The notes under the pieces were generated by a model. That model saw only the letters and a list, made by a program, of their open reading frames with translations, did not search any database and was not told the origin of the DNA. A DNA stretch of 36,713 bases from Octopus bimaculoides. Lineage: Eukaryota. The stretch lies in the NCBI RefSeq assembly GCF_001194135.2, contig NC_068992.1, forward strand, positions 35,819,210 to 35,855,922, given 5' to 3'. Position numbers and translations under genes: made by a program. Shown here piece by piece: positions 1-9,294 of the stretch (positions are counted from its first letter, which is position 1; every line of letters begins with the position of its first letter).

Positions 1-76
1 GTCATGATGGGTATACTGTGCTTTGTATATTTGTACCGCAGTGTCACTTTGATGGCATGCACTGCTCTCTCACTCA
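1..76 (+). mobile_element. 3' end of a non-coding interspersed repeat (same family as 12391-12942) running into an (AAT)n array
   Basis: gtcatgatgggtata...cagtgtcactttgatggcatgcactgctctctcactc matches the reverse complement of 12391-12474; both copies end in (AAT)n. Confidence 0.8.
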
Positions 77-97
77 ATAATAATAATGATAATAATG

Positions 98-144
<47 letters not shown>

Positions 145-235
145 AACAACAACAACAACAACAACAACAAAAACAACAACAACAACAACAACAACAACAA
201 TAATAATAATAATAATAATAATAATTTTTCGTGCA
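77..235. repeat. Compound (AAT)n/(AAC)n microsatellite
   Basis: Read directly; explains the poly-N, poly-I/T and poly-Y/C ORFs. Confidence 0.98.
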
Positions 236-688
236 TTTAATTGCGTTGTTACAATAGAAGGTATGTTTACATATTCGGGTAGTCAGAGAGAAAAGAAAGA
301 TTAACATTTCACACAAGTTTTAAAATTTTCTAGAGATGTTCGTTTCTATGTCCGATCAGAAAAGACTATTGTGTTTTTGCAATAAAAAGGATGTTTACAT
401 TTTTTAATATTCAGGATGAAAGGAAAGGAAAGAAAGGGAGGGTAAAATTTGCACAGAAAATTGTAGATATTAAAGTGTTAATATACACTAAAGATGATAT
501 TTTGTATGTATGAACAGAGAAAACTGTAGTGTTCTTAGAATAAAAAGGAAATAAATTAAGGGGGGAAGCACCTGCCAATATATACAAATTGCACAATTTC
601 AAAAACTGTAAACCACAGGAAATCTTATTTAAAAAATGAATTTTAAGAAAAAAATCAGAAATTCAAAAATTCAATGATCTGAACATCA

Positions 689-728
<40 letters not shown>

Positions 729-744
729 GATTATTATTGTTTTC

Positions 745-851
745 CTCTTTTTACTTGTTTCAGTCATTTGACTGTGGCCATGCTGGAGCACCGCCTTTAG
801 TCGAGCAAAACGACTCCAGGACTTATTCTTTGTAAGCTTAGTACTTATTTA
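745..851 (-). mobile_element. SINE fragment (3' part), octopus-type
   Basis: cttgtttcagtcatttgactgtggccatgctggagcaccgcctttagtcgagcaaa motif, recognised from memory as a common cephalopod SINE segment; head absent. Confidence 0.6.
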
Positions 852-854
852 ACC

Positions 855-1505
855 TTCAGCTTACTGTCATTTTATATTTACAGTGGTGAAGTTGATGGAA
901 TTTGTAGGATGTTTATTCTTGTTGCTCCATTGAATGTTTTTGCTGTGGTTGTTATTATAATGTTGTTATGGTTTGTGGTGGCACTGTGATTGCAGCTTTA
1001 GCTGTTATTGCTTTGGTTTGGAGTTTTAGATTTTGTAGTTTCTGATTTTCTTGATATTGCTTTGATTGTTTCCCAATTTATGAGACATTTTATACTCTAT
1101 CCACATTTCTAAGCTTTATGCTTGGTCTATGTTTTATTTTTTTTTTCATTTTCTTTCTTTTTAATCTTCTAATGACCGCTTTCCGTATTTCAATTTTTTC
1201 CTCTTCTCGCCATTTTCTAACAAATCTGAGGGAGATAACGAAGGCTAATTAATGCATATGTGTGCATTTGTGCCACCTGCATCAATGTCGGTGTGTCGAT
1301 GTTTGTGTTGTTTTGATGAAGACATTATTCGTGTGAGGTTTTATTTTTCAAGGAGTGTGGTAATATAGGTTTTCGCTTCCTTTCCAATGGTTTAAGTTTC
1401 TCTGATAGATCTCTTCTTGTTTCTACTGCTTTTATTGCTGTTGCAAATGGTGGTGTTGTGGTTTTAATATTGGCAGTGAAGAGGCTTTCTGTATCTTTGT
1501 TTGAG
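855..1505 (-). mobile_element. Probable decayed LINE 5' coding fragment
   Basis: Strongly A-rich minus strand with broken K/T/N-rich reading frames, ending in INILQI-like residues resembling the start of an APE endonuclease. Weak. Confidence 0.3.
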
Positions 1506-1559
1506 GATAAAAAACAATAAGCAAAAGTAGCCTACCTCTCTTACCTTCTATCACAACTC

Positions 1560-2100
1560 ATATGAATTCCCTACTCTCCATGTAACTGAAAGCAAGGATA
1601 GTTAGGTCAAGTTGAAGTTATATACATAAACCCCATAAACTACGCTCAGAAATCGACCAATGATCACTAGCTCACTGCGAGACATGCTTCTCTAATCAAG
1701 AACAGTCTATATAGACTGCTAAAGATGGTAACTAATGTTTCTCCGATCATCATCCCTACTGCATCTCACTCTTCATAAGATTGCTCTCTGAACACATTCA
1801 CTCAGTCCTCTCCAAATCCAAACAGTTATCTGGAACTTTCCCGTATATCGTTTTATCTACATGTAACAGCCTTCAGAAATTGAACATCAACCAAAGAGAT
1901 CTCACCCCGGTGTGAATGGAAGCAATTAGCTTCTTCCGACTTCATAAAAAGAAATAAGAATCTGCGCATCTAATCACAACGATTACATTGATTTCAGTAC
2001 TAATCAGTATCGAAGGCTAACGAAAGATTTGTTAATTATACAACCTCTGCTGCATTATGGAAGTATTCAGAACAGAGAGAAAACCGAATCTAAACTCTTT
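1560..2100 (+). mobile_element. Penelope-like element remnant (RT C-terminus to linker)
   Basis: Broken frames give YINPINY, IKNSLYRLLK and TFPYIVLS, resembling the PLE motifs VYxKPT, SLxxRA and TLPY in the expected order; many stops. Confidence 0.4.
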
Positions 2101-2216
2101 TTAGAATACATTGGTATTTTTTTTATATCAATGCACGTTGCTCTCTAAAGTCAATTCTACTGATTGCCTTATTCCTTTGTAACAGCTCATTTGAAAAATA
2201 CTTTTTATTCATTATA

Positions 2217-3444
2217 TTAGGTCGTTGAGAATGAAATGTCCGATTTTCTTATGCACCAAGTTTGACAGTCGTCAACTTTAATGTTTTATCCTGACAATTC
2301 TTTGGTTTACAACACTGAAGAGTTACTTCATCACTTTTCGAAATGCAATTCATGATGCTTGATTATATTGTGTGTTTTCTTTGGTAAATCAATTTTTGTG
2401 AACCCATGGATAGATAAAAAATTCGTGTTAGTTATAAATACGAGTTCCGTCGTGGAACCAATGCATCCCAGACAACTCGAAACATCAATGAGGTGTTTGG
2501 TGAAGATGTGGCGAATGAGCGCACTGTACGTCGATGGTTTGAGAAGATCCAGTCTGGTGACTTTACTCTTGAAAATCACCTCTGTGGTAGACCTGAGGCC
2601 AAGGTGGATAATGATGAGCTGGAAACTGTAGTGGAAGTGGATACATCTCAGACTACGCGTGAGTTTACAGCAAGATTTGATGTTTCTATTCCAACTGAAT
2701 TGGACCATCTGAAACAAATCGGCAAGGTAAAGAAGCTGGACAAATGGGTACCACACAAACTGAACGAGCGTCAAATGACACGTCATCTTGAAACTTGCTG
2801 TTCTTTGTTGTCACGGCATAAAAGCGAACCATTTTTGCATCGTATCGTTACGGGCGATGGAAAATGGATTAACAATAGCATCTGCACGGTGGTTGGATAG
2901 AGACGAAGTGCTAAAAGAAAAATATTCACCAAAAGAAAAAACTATTTGTGTCTGTTTGGTGGTCCAGCGCTAGTGTCATCCACTACAGCTTCTTGAGACC
3001 TGGTAAGTCAATTACAGCAGATGTATATATCAGCTATGATGAAATGATGAGTGAACTTGCAATTAAACAACCGAGATTGACCAATAGAAACAGGCCAATT
3101 GTCTTATAAAACAACGCTTGACCACATGTTCCACAAAGAACACTACTCAAGTTACAGGAACTGAACTTAGAAGTATTCTGTCATCCACCATATTCAGCTG
3201 ACCTTGCACCAACTGACTATCACATCTTTCAGGCATTAGACAACTTTTTGCAAGGGAAAAACTTCAAATCTGAAGATGCATAAACAGCTTTTCGTGATTT
3301 CATCACCTCTTGGTCTCCAGAATTCTTCGCTGCCGGCATAAATAAGCTACCGATAAAATGGCAAAATTGTGTTGATAATTTAGGTGAGATAAAGTAAAAT
3401 AAACTTTCAGTTCAAAATCGGAAATCTCATTCTTAATGACCTGA
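2217..3444 (+). mobile_element. Full-length non-functional mariner (Tc1/mariner, DD34D type) DNA transposon
   Basis: 30-bp TIRs 2217-2246 and 3415-3444 (about 25/30 match) flanked by TA at 2215-2216 and 3445-3446; 1228 bp long; contains a transposase pseudogene. Confidence 0.95.
2406..3400 (+). pseudogene. Mariner transposase pseudogene
   Basis: ATG 2406 with a stop at codon 4; HTH region (RTVRRWF, GRP), WVPHKL, IVTGDGKW and HPPYSADLAPTDYHIF; frameshifts after about 2890. Confidence 0.92.
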
Positions 3445-3811
3445 TAGAATAGTGAGCTGAACCAGCAACATAATGTCTATTTAAAGTAAATCAGCAGAGG
3501 CAATGAGATTTTTGGCTTGGTAACTTTTAAACAGCACCCTATTCGCTCCACCAAATGTGAATCTCTGATGCACCATAATTATGCATAAAGGTTTCTTCTC
3601 TAATTAAGATCTCTTGGGAGTTGAGTAACCTAAAGCAACAAACACTAACAACAAAACAACAACAAAAAGTTAAATGAAAAGAAATTTGGCTGAAGAATGA
3701 AATGATTTATTTTGAATTGTTTAATTGTTCCGATGTCCGCCAACTGGAACCGCAACCAAACTACATAAGTAGCACATTTGGCAGTCTGACAAATTAATTT
3801 TATACTTTAAA

Positions 3812-3919
3812 ATGTCTAATCTTCACCTTGTTGTTTATTTCATGTTAACGCAACGACTGTCATTGTTGGTAGAGCTGCTGCTGCTTGCGACTTGTTTGAT
3901 ATCTTTTGTTGAGGCTCAG
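3812..3919 (+). CDS. Candidate first coding exon encoding a signal peptide (secreted or membrane protein, identity unknown)
   Basis: MSNLHLVVYFMLTQRLSLLVELLLLATCLISFVEAQ (second in-frame ATG at 3842); basic n-region, long hydrophobic h-region, VEA-Q cleavage-like site; ends exactly at phase-0 donor CAG|GTAATC (GT 3920-3921); AAAATG start context. Confidence 0.6.
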
Positions 3920-4154
3920 GTAATCATTTCTTATAAAGACACGTGGCACAATTCAGGTATATGTGTGTTGTGTGTGAGAGTGTGAGCATATGTATGCGTA
4001 GCCATGCATGTATGCACGCATGTAAGTATACATACATATATATATATATATGCATATACGCGTGTGTGTGTGTGTGTATAGTATAAACAATAAAAAATTA
4101 GAGAAATCAGGTATGGTATTCAATGCTCTATGTATTTTTTATGTATATATGTGT

Positions 4155-4440
4155 GAGGGTGGACGACCTAGTGGTTACGATGTTGCTTTCACTATCGCAA
4201 GGTCGTGGTTACAATTATTGGACCGGGTAGTGAGCTGTGTCCTTGAGCAAACCATTTCATCTCATGTTATTCTGCGAATACTTCGACATCTGAGGTGTGA
4301 TACACAGTACACTTGTTCAGGCAACGTCAATTAGTTGGAAGGAGTGAGCTAATGTACAACACGTACATTTGATCACTATATAAATATATCATTTGTGCAG
4401 GTTGATCAGCAAGAAATTGTAGAACCGTCTTTCTCAGACT
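4155..4440 (+). mobile_element. tRNA-derived SINE (diverged)
   Basis: A-box-like gacctagtggtta, B-box-like ggtcgtggttacaatt, then the tgtgtccttgagcaa motif common in metazoan SINE cores. Confidence 0.65.
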
Positions 4441-4664
4441 ACGAGAGAGTATATGTGAATACAATAGTCATGGCAGGCATGAAGATGTTACATATAATTG
4501 TCAAGTAAAGTGTAAGTGGCGGGTAGGAGGAAGGTGTGTCAGCGATTGTATGTAGGAGTGTGTGTGTAGTTATACCTTATGGTACAATCGTGTGCTTATA
4601 TGTGCATTTGTAAAAAGAATGGATGTGTAAGTTGTTATCTGTGTGAGGTAGCTAGGGTGTAACT

Positions 4665-4684
4665 AGAGTGTGTGTGTGTATGTG

Positions 4685-4746
<62 letters not shown>

Positions 4747-4760
4747 GTGTATGTGTGTGG
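4665..4760. repeat. (GT)n-(AG)n microsatellite
   Basis: Read directly; source of the ER and SL repeat ORFs. Confidence 0.97.
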
Positions 4761-4814
4761 TGTGGCAGGGATTGTGTACGTGTTTGTGTGGAAACGGTAC
4801 AAAAATATTGAAAG

Positions 4815-5286
4815 ATAAGACGTTGCGTTATTGTGGCTATAAGCTGTTTTGACACTTATTTCTAGCAATACTGGTCCTGAATAGCGCCCTCAGTCGCTTT
4901 AGTGACGTATATATCGTTGCCTTTCGTTTGAAAAATTGCGAACAAACCACCCTTATTATTTATAATTTACACCTTTTATTAAATCAGCATATGATGTCTA
5001 CGGTGGTCTGATAAGCTGGCAAGGGTAGTTGGGTTTAACCCAAGGCACCGGTGAGGGCCACTGACGAGCGTTAATGTAAAGGCGAAATCACTGGTGATCT
5101 GGTTATTCCTGGTTCTTAAGGAGCTCGCTTCCCTTGTCAGTAAATAAGACGGTGCGTTATTGTCATTATGAGTTGTTTTGGCTCTTATTTCTAGCAATAC
5201 TGGTGCTGAGAAAGCGCCCTCAATCGCTTTAGTGGCGTATATATTTTTGCCTTTCAATTGAAAAGTTACTAACAGGCCACCCTTAT
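4815..5286 (+). mobile_element. Partial tandem repeat (329-bp period, about 1.4 units) containing a hammerhead; retrozyme or PLE pLTR-like
   Basis: 4815-4956 and 5144-5286 align at about 85% (about 22 differences in 143, hand count); the hammerhead lies in the single-copy middle part. Confidence 0.7.
5056..5104 (+). ncRNA. Type I hammerhead ribozyme
   Basis: Stem I GGCCA/TGGTT; core CTGACGA 5061-5067; stem II GCGTT-AATGTA-AAGGC (one G.G mismatch); GAA 5084-5086; stem III ATCAC-TG-GTGAT; C17 at 5099 (AUC triplet). Confidence 0.85.
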
Positions 5287-6604
5287 ATATAGGCAGATGC
5301 TGAATTTCTCTATGTAAAATGCCATGGCTGGTTCCTTCAGCCAATGCTGAGTTGTGAAAAACAGCTCATCGATGAACGTCATGGTTTACTACTACTGTTA
5401 CCAAGCTTAATTCAAACTAATAACGGAAGGAAATTCCTCTTCGAACAATGTCATATTTATGCACCCTGAAGAGGTAGTACTAATAATGCATAAGTCGCTG
5501 CATATAAATATGCAACAACATGCAATTAAGGCGATCAAAACACGTGTCGGACAATTATTATGAATAAACCAACTGTAAATAAACATTAGGTTTGGATGTT
5601 CAAATTCTTCATTCTCCTTATTATCAATATTGTACTATATATATATATATAGGATGGGCATTCTTACCTGAACACGTGCATAAATTAATGTAGGTGTCGA
5701 TGAAATATAATTAATGCTTATTTCTGTTAATTGATTTACTTTCTATACTGATCAGCACAGCGTGTACAAGATGTATCACCGTCACATACATACAAATTTA
5801 TGAGTGAAAGTGATGAGAAATAAACTGTTCACAAGCATTTTTGTTTTGTTTTGTTTTGCTTTTTACTGAGGTGGGGTTTTTTTTCCTGTCAAATACATAA
5901 AGAACTTTTAAGATGTGAATTGTCTGTACACGAGAAATGAACCTGGATCGTGGCGTAGTGGTACATAATTCTATATGTTTGCATACCATCTTAAATACAA
6001 TAATATGAGTAATAAACCAAACAAACTTCAATTACTTATTTTTGTCTTGTTCTTTTTATCTATTTTTATTTTCCTCTCTTCTTTTCACATCATTCTATTT
6101 TCTTTTTTTTTTTTTTTTTTTTTTTTATCTGCTTGATGTTTTTCTTCAAACGATACCATTTTCATTCCATAAACATAATCGAAAGTCCTGCAATTATCCG
6201 GAAGATATATAGAACCATATTTATGTATGTTTATGAACAAATTGCTATTCTGTCTATTCGATTTCTGCTTGAGGGCTGTTGATTCTTTATGGAAGAAACC
6301 ATTGTACAGTCACCAAATCATTCAATCCCATCAGTTTTTTGGTTGTTTTTTAGGGTTTTTTTTAATGATTATCTGGCCAGTCTCAGTTCAGTTTCTTGAA
6401 ATTCTTAGCCTCCAAGCCATCAAATAAACATTCCTATGTTTGTGACCCGTGCAAATGATCAAAGTATACAAAGAAGAGTTCAGGAAACACACATAGACAT
6501 ACACTAAATAAACACATTTGTATACGGGTGTATAGATAGATACATACATTTGTGTATGTGTGTATGTGTGTAAAACAACTGAAATAAGAATTACATATCT
6601 ACAC

Positions 6605-6672
6605 AGTTTTTATTATTACAATCTTTTATTATTACAATCAGTTTTTATTATTACAGTTTTTATTATTACAAT
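6605..6672. repeat. Short tandem repeat of tttattattaca, 4 copies
   Basis: Read directly. Confidence 0.85.
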
Positions 6673-6949
6673 ATACAGTATGTATTTAATTTAAACAGCC
6701 GTCCAACATGTTTTTGCTGCTTAGATATCTTGCTATGTAGTTTTTATTTGCTCCTTGTTTGTTCATCTTCATCTAGATTTTATCCTGGTTAAGAACGTGT
6801 CAATGCAGCTTTATTCCAGGTGTTGCCACTATTAAAGTTTGATGTGAACTCTGCCTTTTAAACTTTGATAGTGGTAGCAACTTGAATAGTTATATTTTTA
6901 AAACACACGATCTACTGTCACTATATATATATATATATATATATATAAA

Positions 6950-7175
6950 GTAGTTATATGCTGTCAACTTAATGTGATAGTCCCTTGAAGGGAATAATAC
7001 TACTGCTATTTAGCCCTAGGAAGCTGCACAGTTTCCTGTCGGCCTTGACACATTTCTTGTGTCTTTATGTTTACAAGGGGGAGATAAGCACCTCCACCCA
7101 GCTAAGCCAGCATCCAGAGACTAGTTTCTGAGTCATTGCTCGTCTTCAGTCTGCAGTAGCATGGCTTGCTAGTTT
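6950..7175 (-). mobile_element. Non-coding interspersed repeat carrying a minimal hammerhead (Penelope-type terminal repeat or retrozyme fragment)
   Basis: Contains the hammerhead at 7115-7153 and lies between an (AT)n run and the Tx1-like tail. Boundaries approximate. Confidence 0.5.
7115..7153 (-). ncRNA. Minimal Type I hammerhead ribozyme with palindromic stem III
   Basis: Minus strand reads CAGA-CTGAAGA-cGAGcaatgaCTCa-GAA-ACTAGT-C-TCTG: stem I CAGA/TCTG, GUC triplet, stem II closing pair C.A mismatched. Confidence 0.75.
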
Positions 7176-7187
7176 TATTTTTACTAT

Positions 7188-7366
7188 GAGCATATAGCTC
7201 TTACAAAGAAAAGACAACACAATATAGTGGGGTACATAAAACAAATCGAATGAATATAAATATAGTGATATAATGAAATATGAAATGTCTTACTTGCGCC
7301 CCACACGCAAGCAGTTTCATTTAATTGTTTATGCCATACATGTTCGTGAGCAGTTTATGGTTCTTT
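7188..7366 (-). repeat. Direct repeat A (putative Tx1-like 3' tail)
   Basis: Homologous to 9085-9277 (shared gcatatagctctta, gacaacacaata.agtggggtacataaaac, gaaatgtctta, cgcaa.cagt.tcattta). Confidence 0.85.
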
Positions 7367-7425
7367 CTTTTAAAACCCATTTTAATTTGCAAATTTTAAT
7401 TACATTTTATTCAATCGACAAGGTA

Positions 7426-7527
7426 TTACACATTGTCTTCGAATAGCACTACTGGTGGACGTTTGTCACATCGAAACCACAGCTCCGATAATTCAATCCG
7501 TTCACCGAACGATTCTTTCAATTTATC

Positions 7528-7619
<92 letters not shown>

Positions 7620-8831
7620 AGCAAAACCGCCCTGTCGTCCTCTGTATATTCACTTCCCGTTATCTTAACTCTTATGACATTTTTTATCGTTGTAATCCTC
7701 TTCTCTATCTCTATACTCTTCTTGTATTCTACCATCCTCCTCACATCTCTTCTTTTCGCCACCTCTTCCCCCCTCCACTCTCTCTCGATGTTCCTGGTAC
7801 TTGTGTGTCCATCTTACTGCTACTCCTCGTTGTTGCTTCCTTTCCTTTCTGCATGCTTTCTTTTTCATTTGTTCTCTCTTCTGCAAATTTCTCTTTTGCT
7901 CCTTCTGCACCTTCTATCTGCATCTCCTCCAAATTGCCTTTTCCCTTTTCTTTGTAGGCTTTTTGGACGCGAGAATGCATTTTCCTCCATTTTTTCTTTC
8001 TCTTTCCGACTGGGTATTTCCCTTCTGCTGCTTCCATTATTTCCTTTGCCTGGACTTGCACCAACACACCTTGCTCAACATCCTCCTCTTCCTACTCCTG
8101 TTCTACTTCTTGTTTCTGGGGAAACCTCGCTTGCATGTGACCCCGTACTCCACAGTGGTAGCAGATGGGAAGTCTTCCCCCCACTATCACTTGTAGTTTG
8201 ATGTCCTCCGGTAACACAATCTCATCCACAATTTTATGCAGGTCCGGGACGCTGATTTGGACCGTCACCTCAAGGCCGTATCCAAACCAGTTCACCTCCG
8301 TTGTCCTCGTGACCCTCAGGACATTGGTTTCCTCCTCCGCGCTGAAGAGGTTGGCCGCCACCAGCCACATTTCATCTATTTCTGGGGGTACTCTGCCTGT
8401 CCTAATTCTGGCCGCACATTTGTCACGATAGGTTGGCAGCAGTGACCAATCATCCGACCATAATGGGACAGTGGAGCACTCTATGCGTCTTCTTCGGTCG
8501 CAAACCGTACCTCCACTGTGCCGTACTTCTTGCTTCTGCAGTAGTACGTCGTAAGCTGCTTCGCCTCCTTGAGGCACTCCTCCATTTCTTCAATGCTTGC
8601 TAATTCAGTCTTTTTGCTGCTGTACTATATACAACGGTTTTTTTTTTTCGTTGTTTCCTCCAATATTTCTTTTAGGGGGTTCAGTCTCAGGCTGTTTCCT
8701 TCTTTAGCGATTAGCTCGTTAGCTTTTTTTTAGTCTCCTTTCGTCAAACTTGACTTCCTTGACTTTACAGCGTCGCTATTTGCATACCTTCCTGCCGCTG
8801 TAGCATAGCTAACGGCTGGGTGAGTGTCCAT
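7426..8831 (-). pseudogene. Tx1/L1-group LINE ORF1 (gag-like) pseudogene
   Basis: Start MDTHPAVSYATAAG at 8831; RRM-like region (RIRTGRVPPEIDEMWL); zinc knuckle CYHCGVRGHMQARF (last C lost); K/E-rich region; ends RIELSELWFRCDKRPPVVLFEDNV-stop at 7426; AATAAA at 7406-7411 (minus); several frameshifts. Confidence 0.75.
7531..7616. repeat. (CT)n microsatellite inside the ORF1 remnant
   Basis: Read directly. Confidence 0.98.
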
Positions 8832-9084
8832 GTTGGTTAACATAAGGATTTTCAGAAATTATCTTCACAAGTTCACAGTTCAATAAATAATTTGCAGAAA
8901 GTTTCTACCCCGTAGGGTAAAAATTACCGTTTTCCACAGGACAACAGTTCAAATCCCAATAAGATCTTCAATACATTATAATAAAATTCACAACCACAGT
9001 ACAGGAAACGAACTTACATACCGCAGGTAATAACTGAAAACAACTCCGTGTCGCAGACGAAAAAGGCGTTTTTTCTTTAATATA

Positions 9085-9277
9085 AGCATATAGCTCTTAG
9101 AAAGAAAGGACGAACAAAGACAGACAACACAATACAGTGGGGTACATAAAACGAAAATTGAATAAATATGAATACAGTGATATGAGAAAAATGAAATGTC
9201 TTATTCGCGCCCGATACGCAAACAGTGTCATTTAACTGTTTATGCAGTTCATATTCGTGTACAGTTCCTGGTACTTT
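9085..9277 (-). repeat. Direct repeat B (putative Tx1-like 3' tail abutting the 5' UTR of the ORF1 unit)
   Basis: Homologous to 7188-7366; on the minus strand it is followed by an A-rich stretch (taaagaaaaaa). Confidence 0.85.
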
Positions 9278-9294
9278 AAAAAAAAAAAGATTTC

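Noticed and set aside
4-316. Poly-Asn, poly-Ile/Thr and poly-Tyr/Cys ORFs, and similar ER, SL, HT and CV repeat ORFs throughout
   Set aside because: Translations of microsatellites that happen to lack stops; no coding evidence.
2315-2345. CTGAAGA...GAAA in the mariner 5' region, and a similar hit near 10105
   Set aside because: No stem II or stem I pairing; chance core-like words.
4979-5344. 121-aa minus-strand ORF over the repeat unit
   Set aside because: No recognisable domain; it is antisense to the hammerhead and spans the repeat boundary, so probably chance.
5321-5385. HDV-like ribozyme assignment
   Set aside because: P2, P3 and P4 analogues exist, but there is no convincing P1 or GG for P1.1 and J4/2 is too long; kept only as an unexplained structure.
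7433-8201. Long hydrophobic plus-strand ORFs (174 and 248 aa)
   Set aside because: Antisense shadows of the purine-rich Tx1 ORF1 plus the (CT)n repeat, not membrane proteins.
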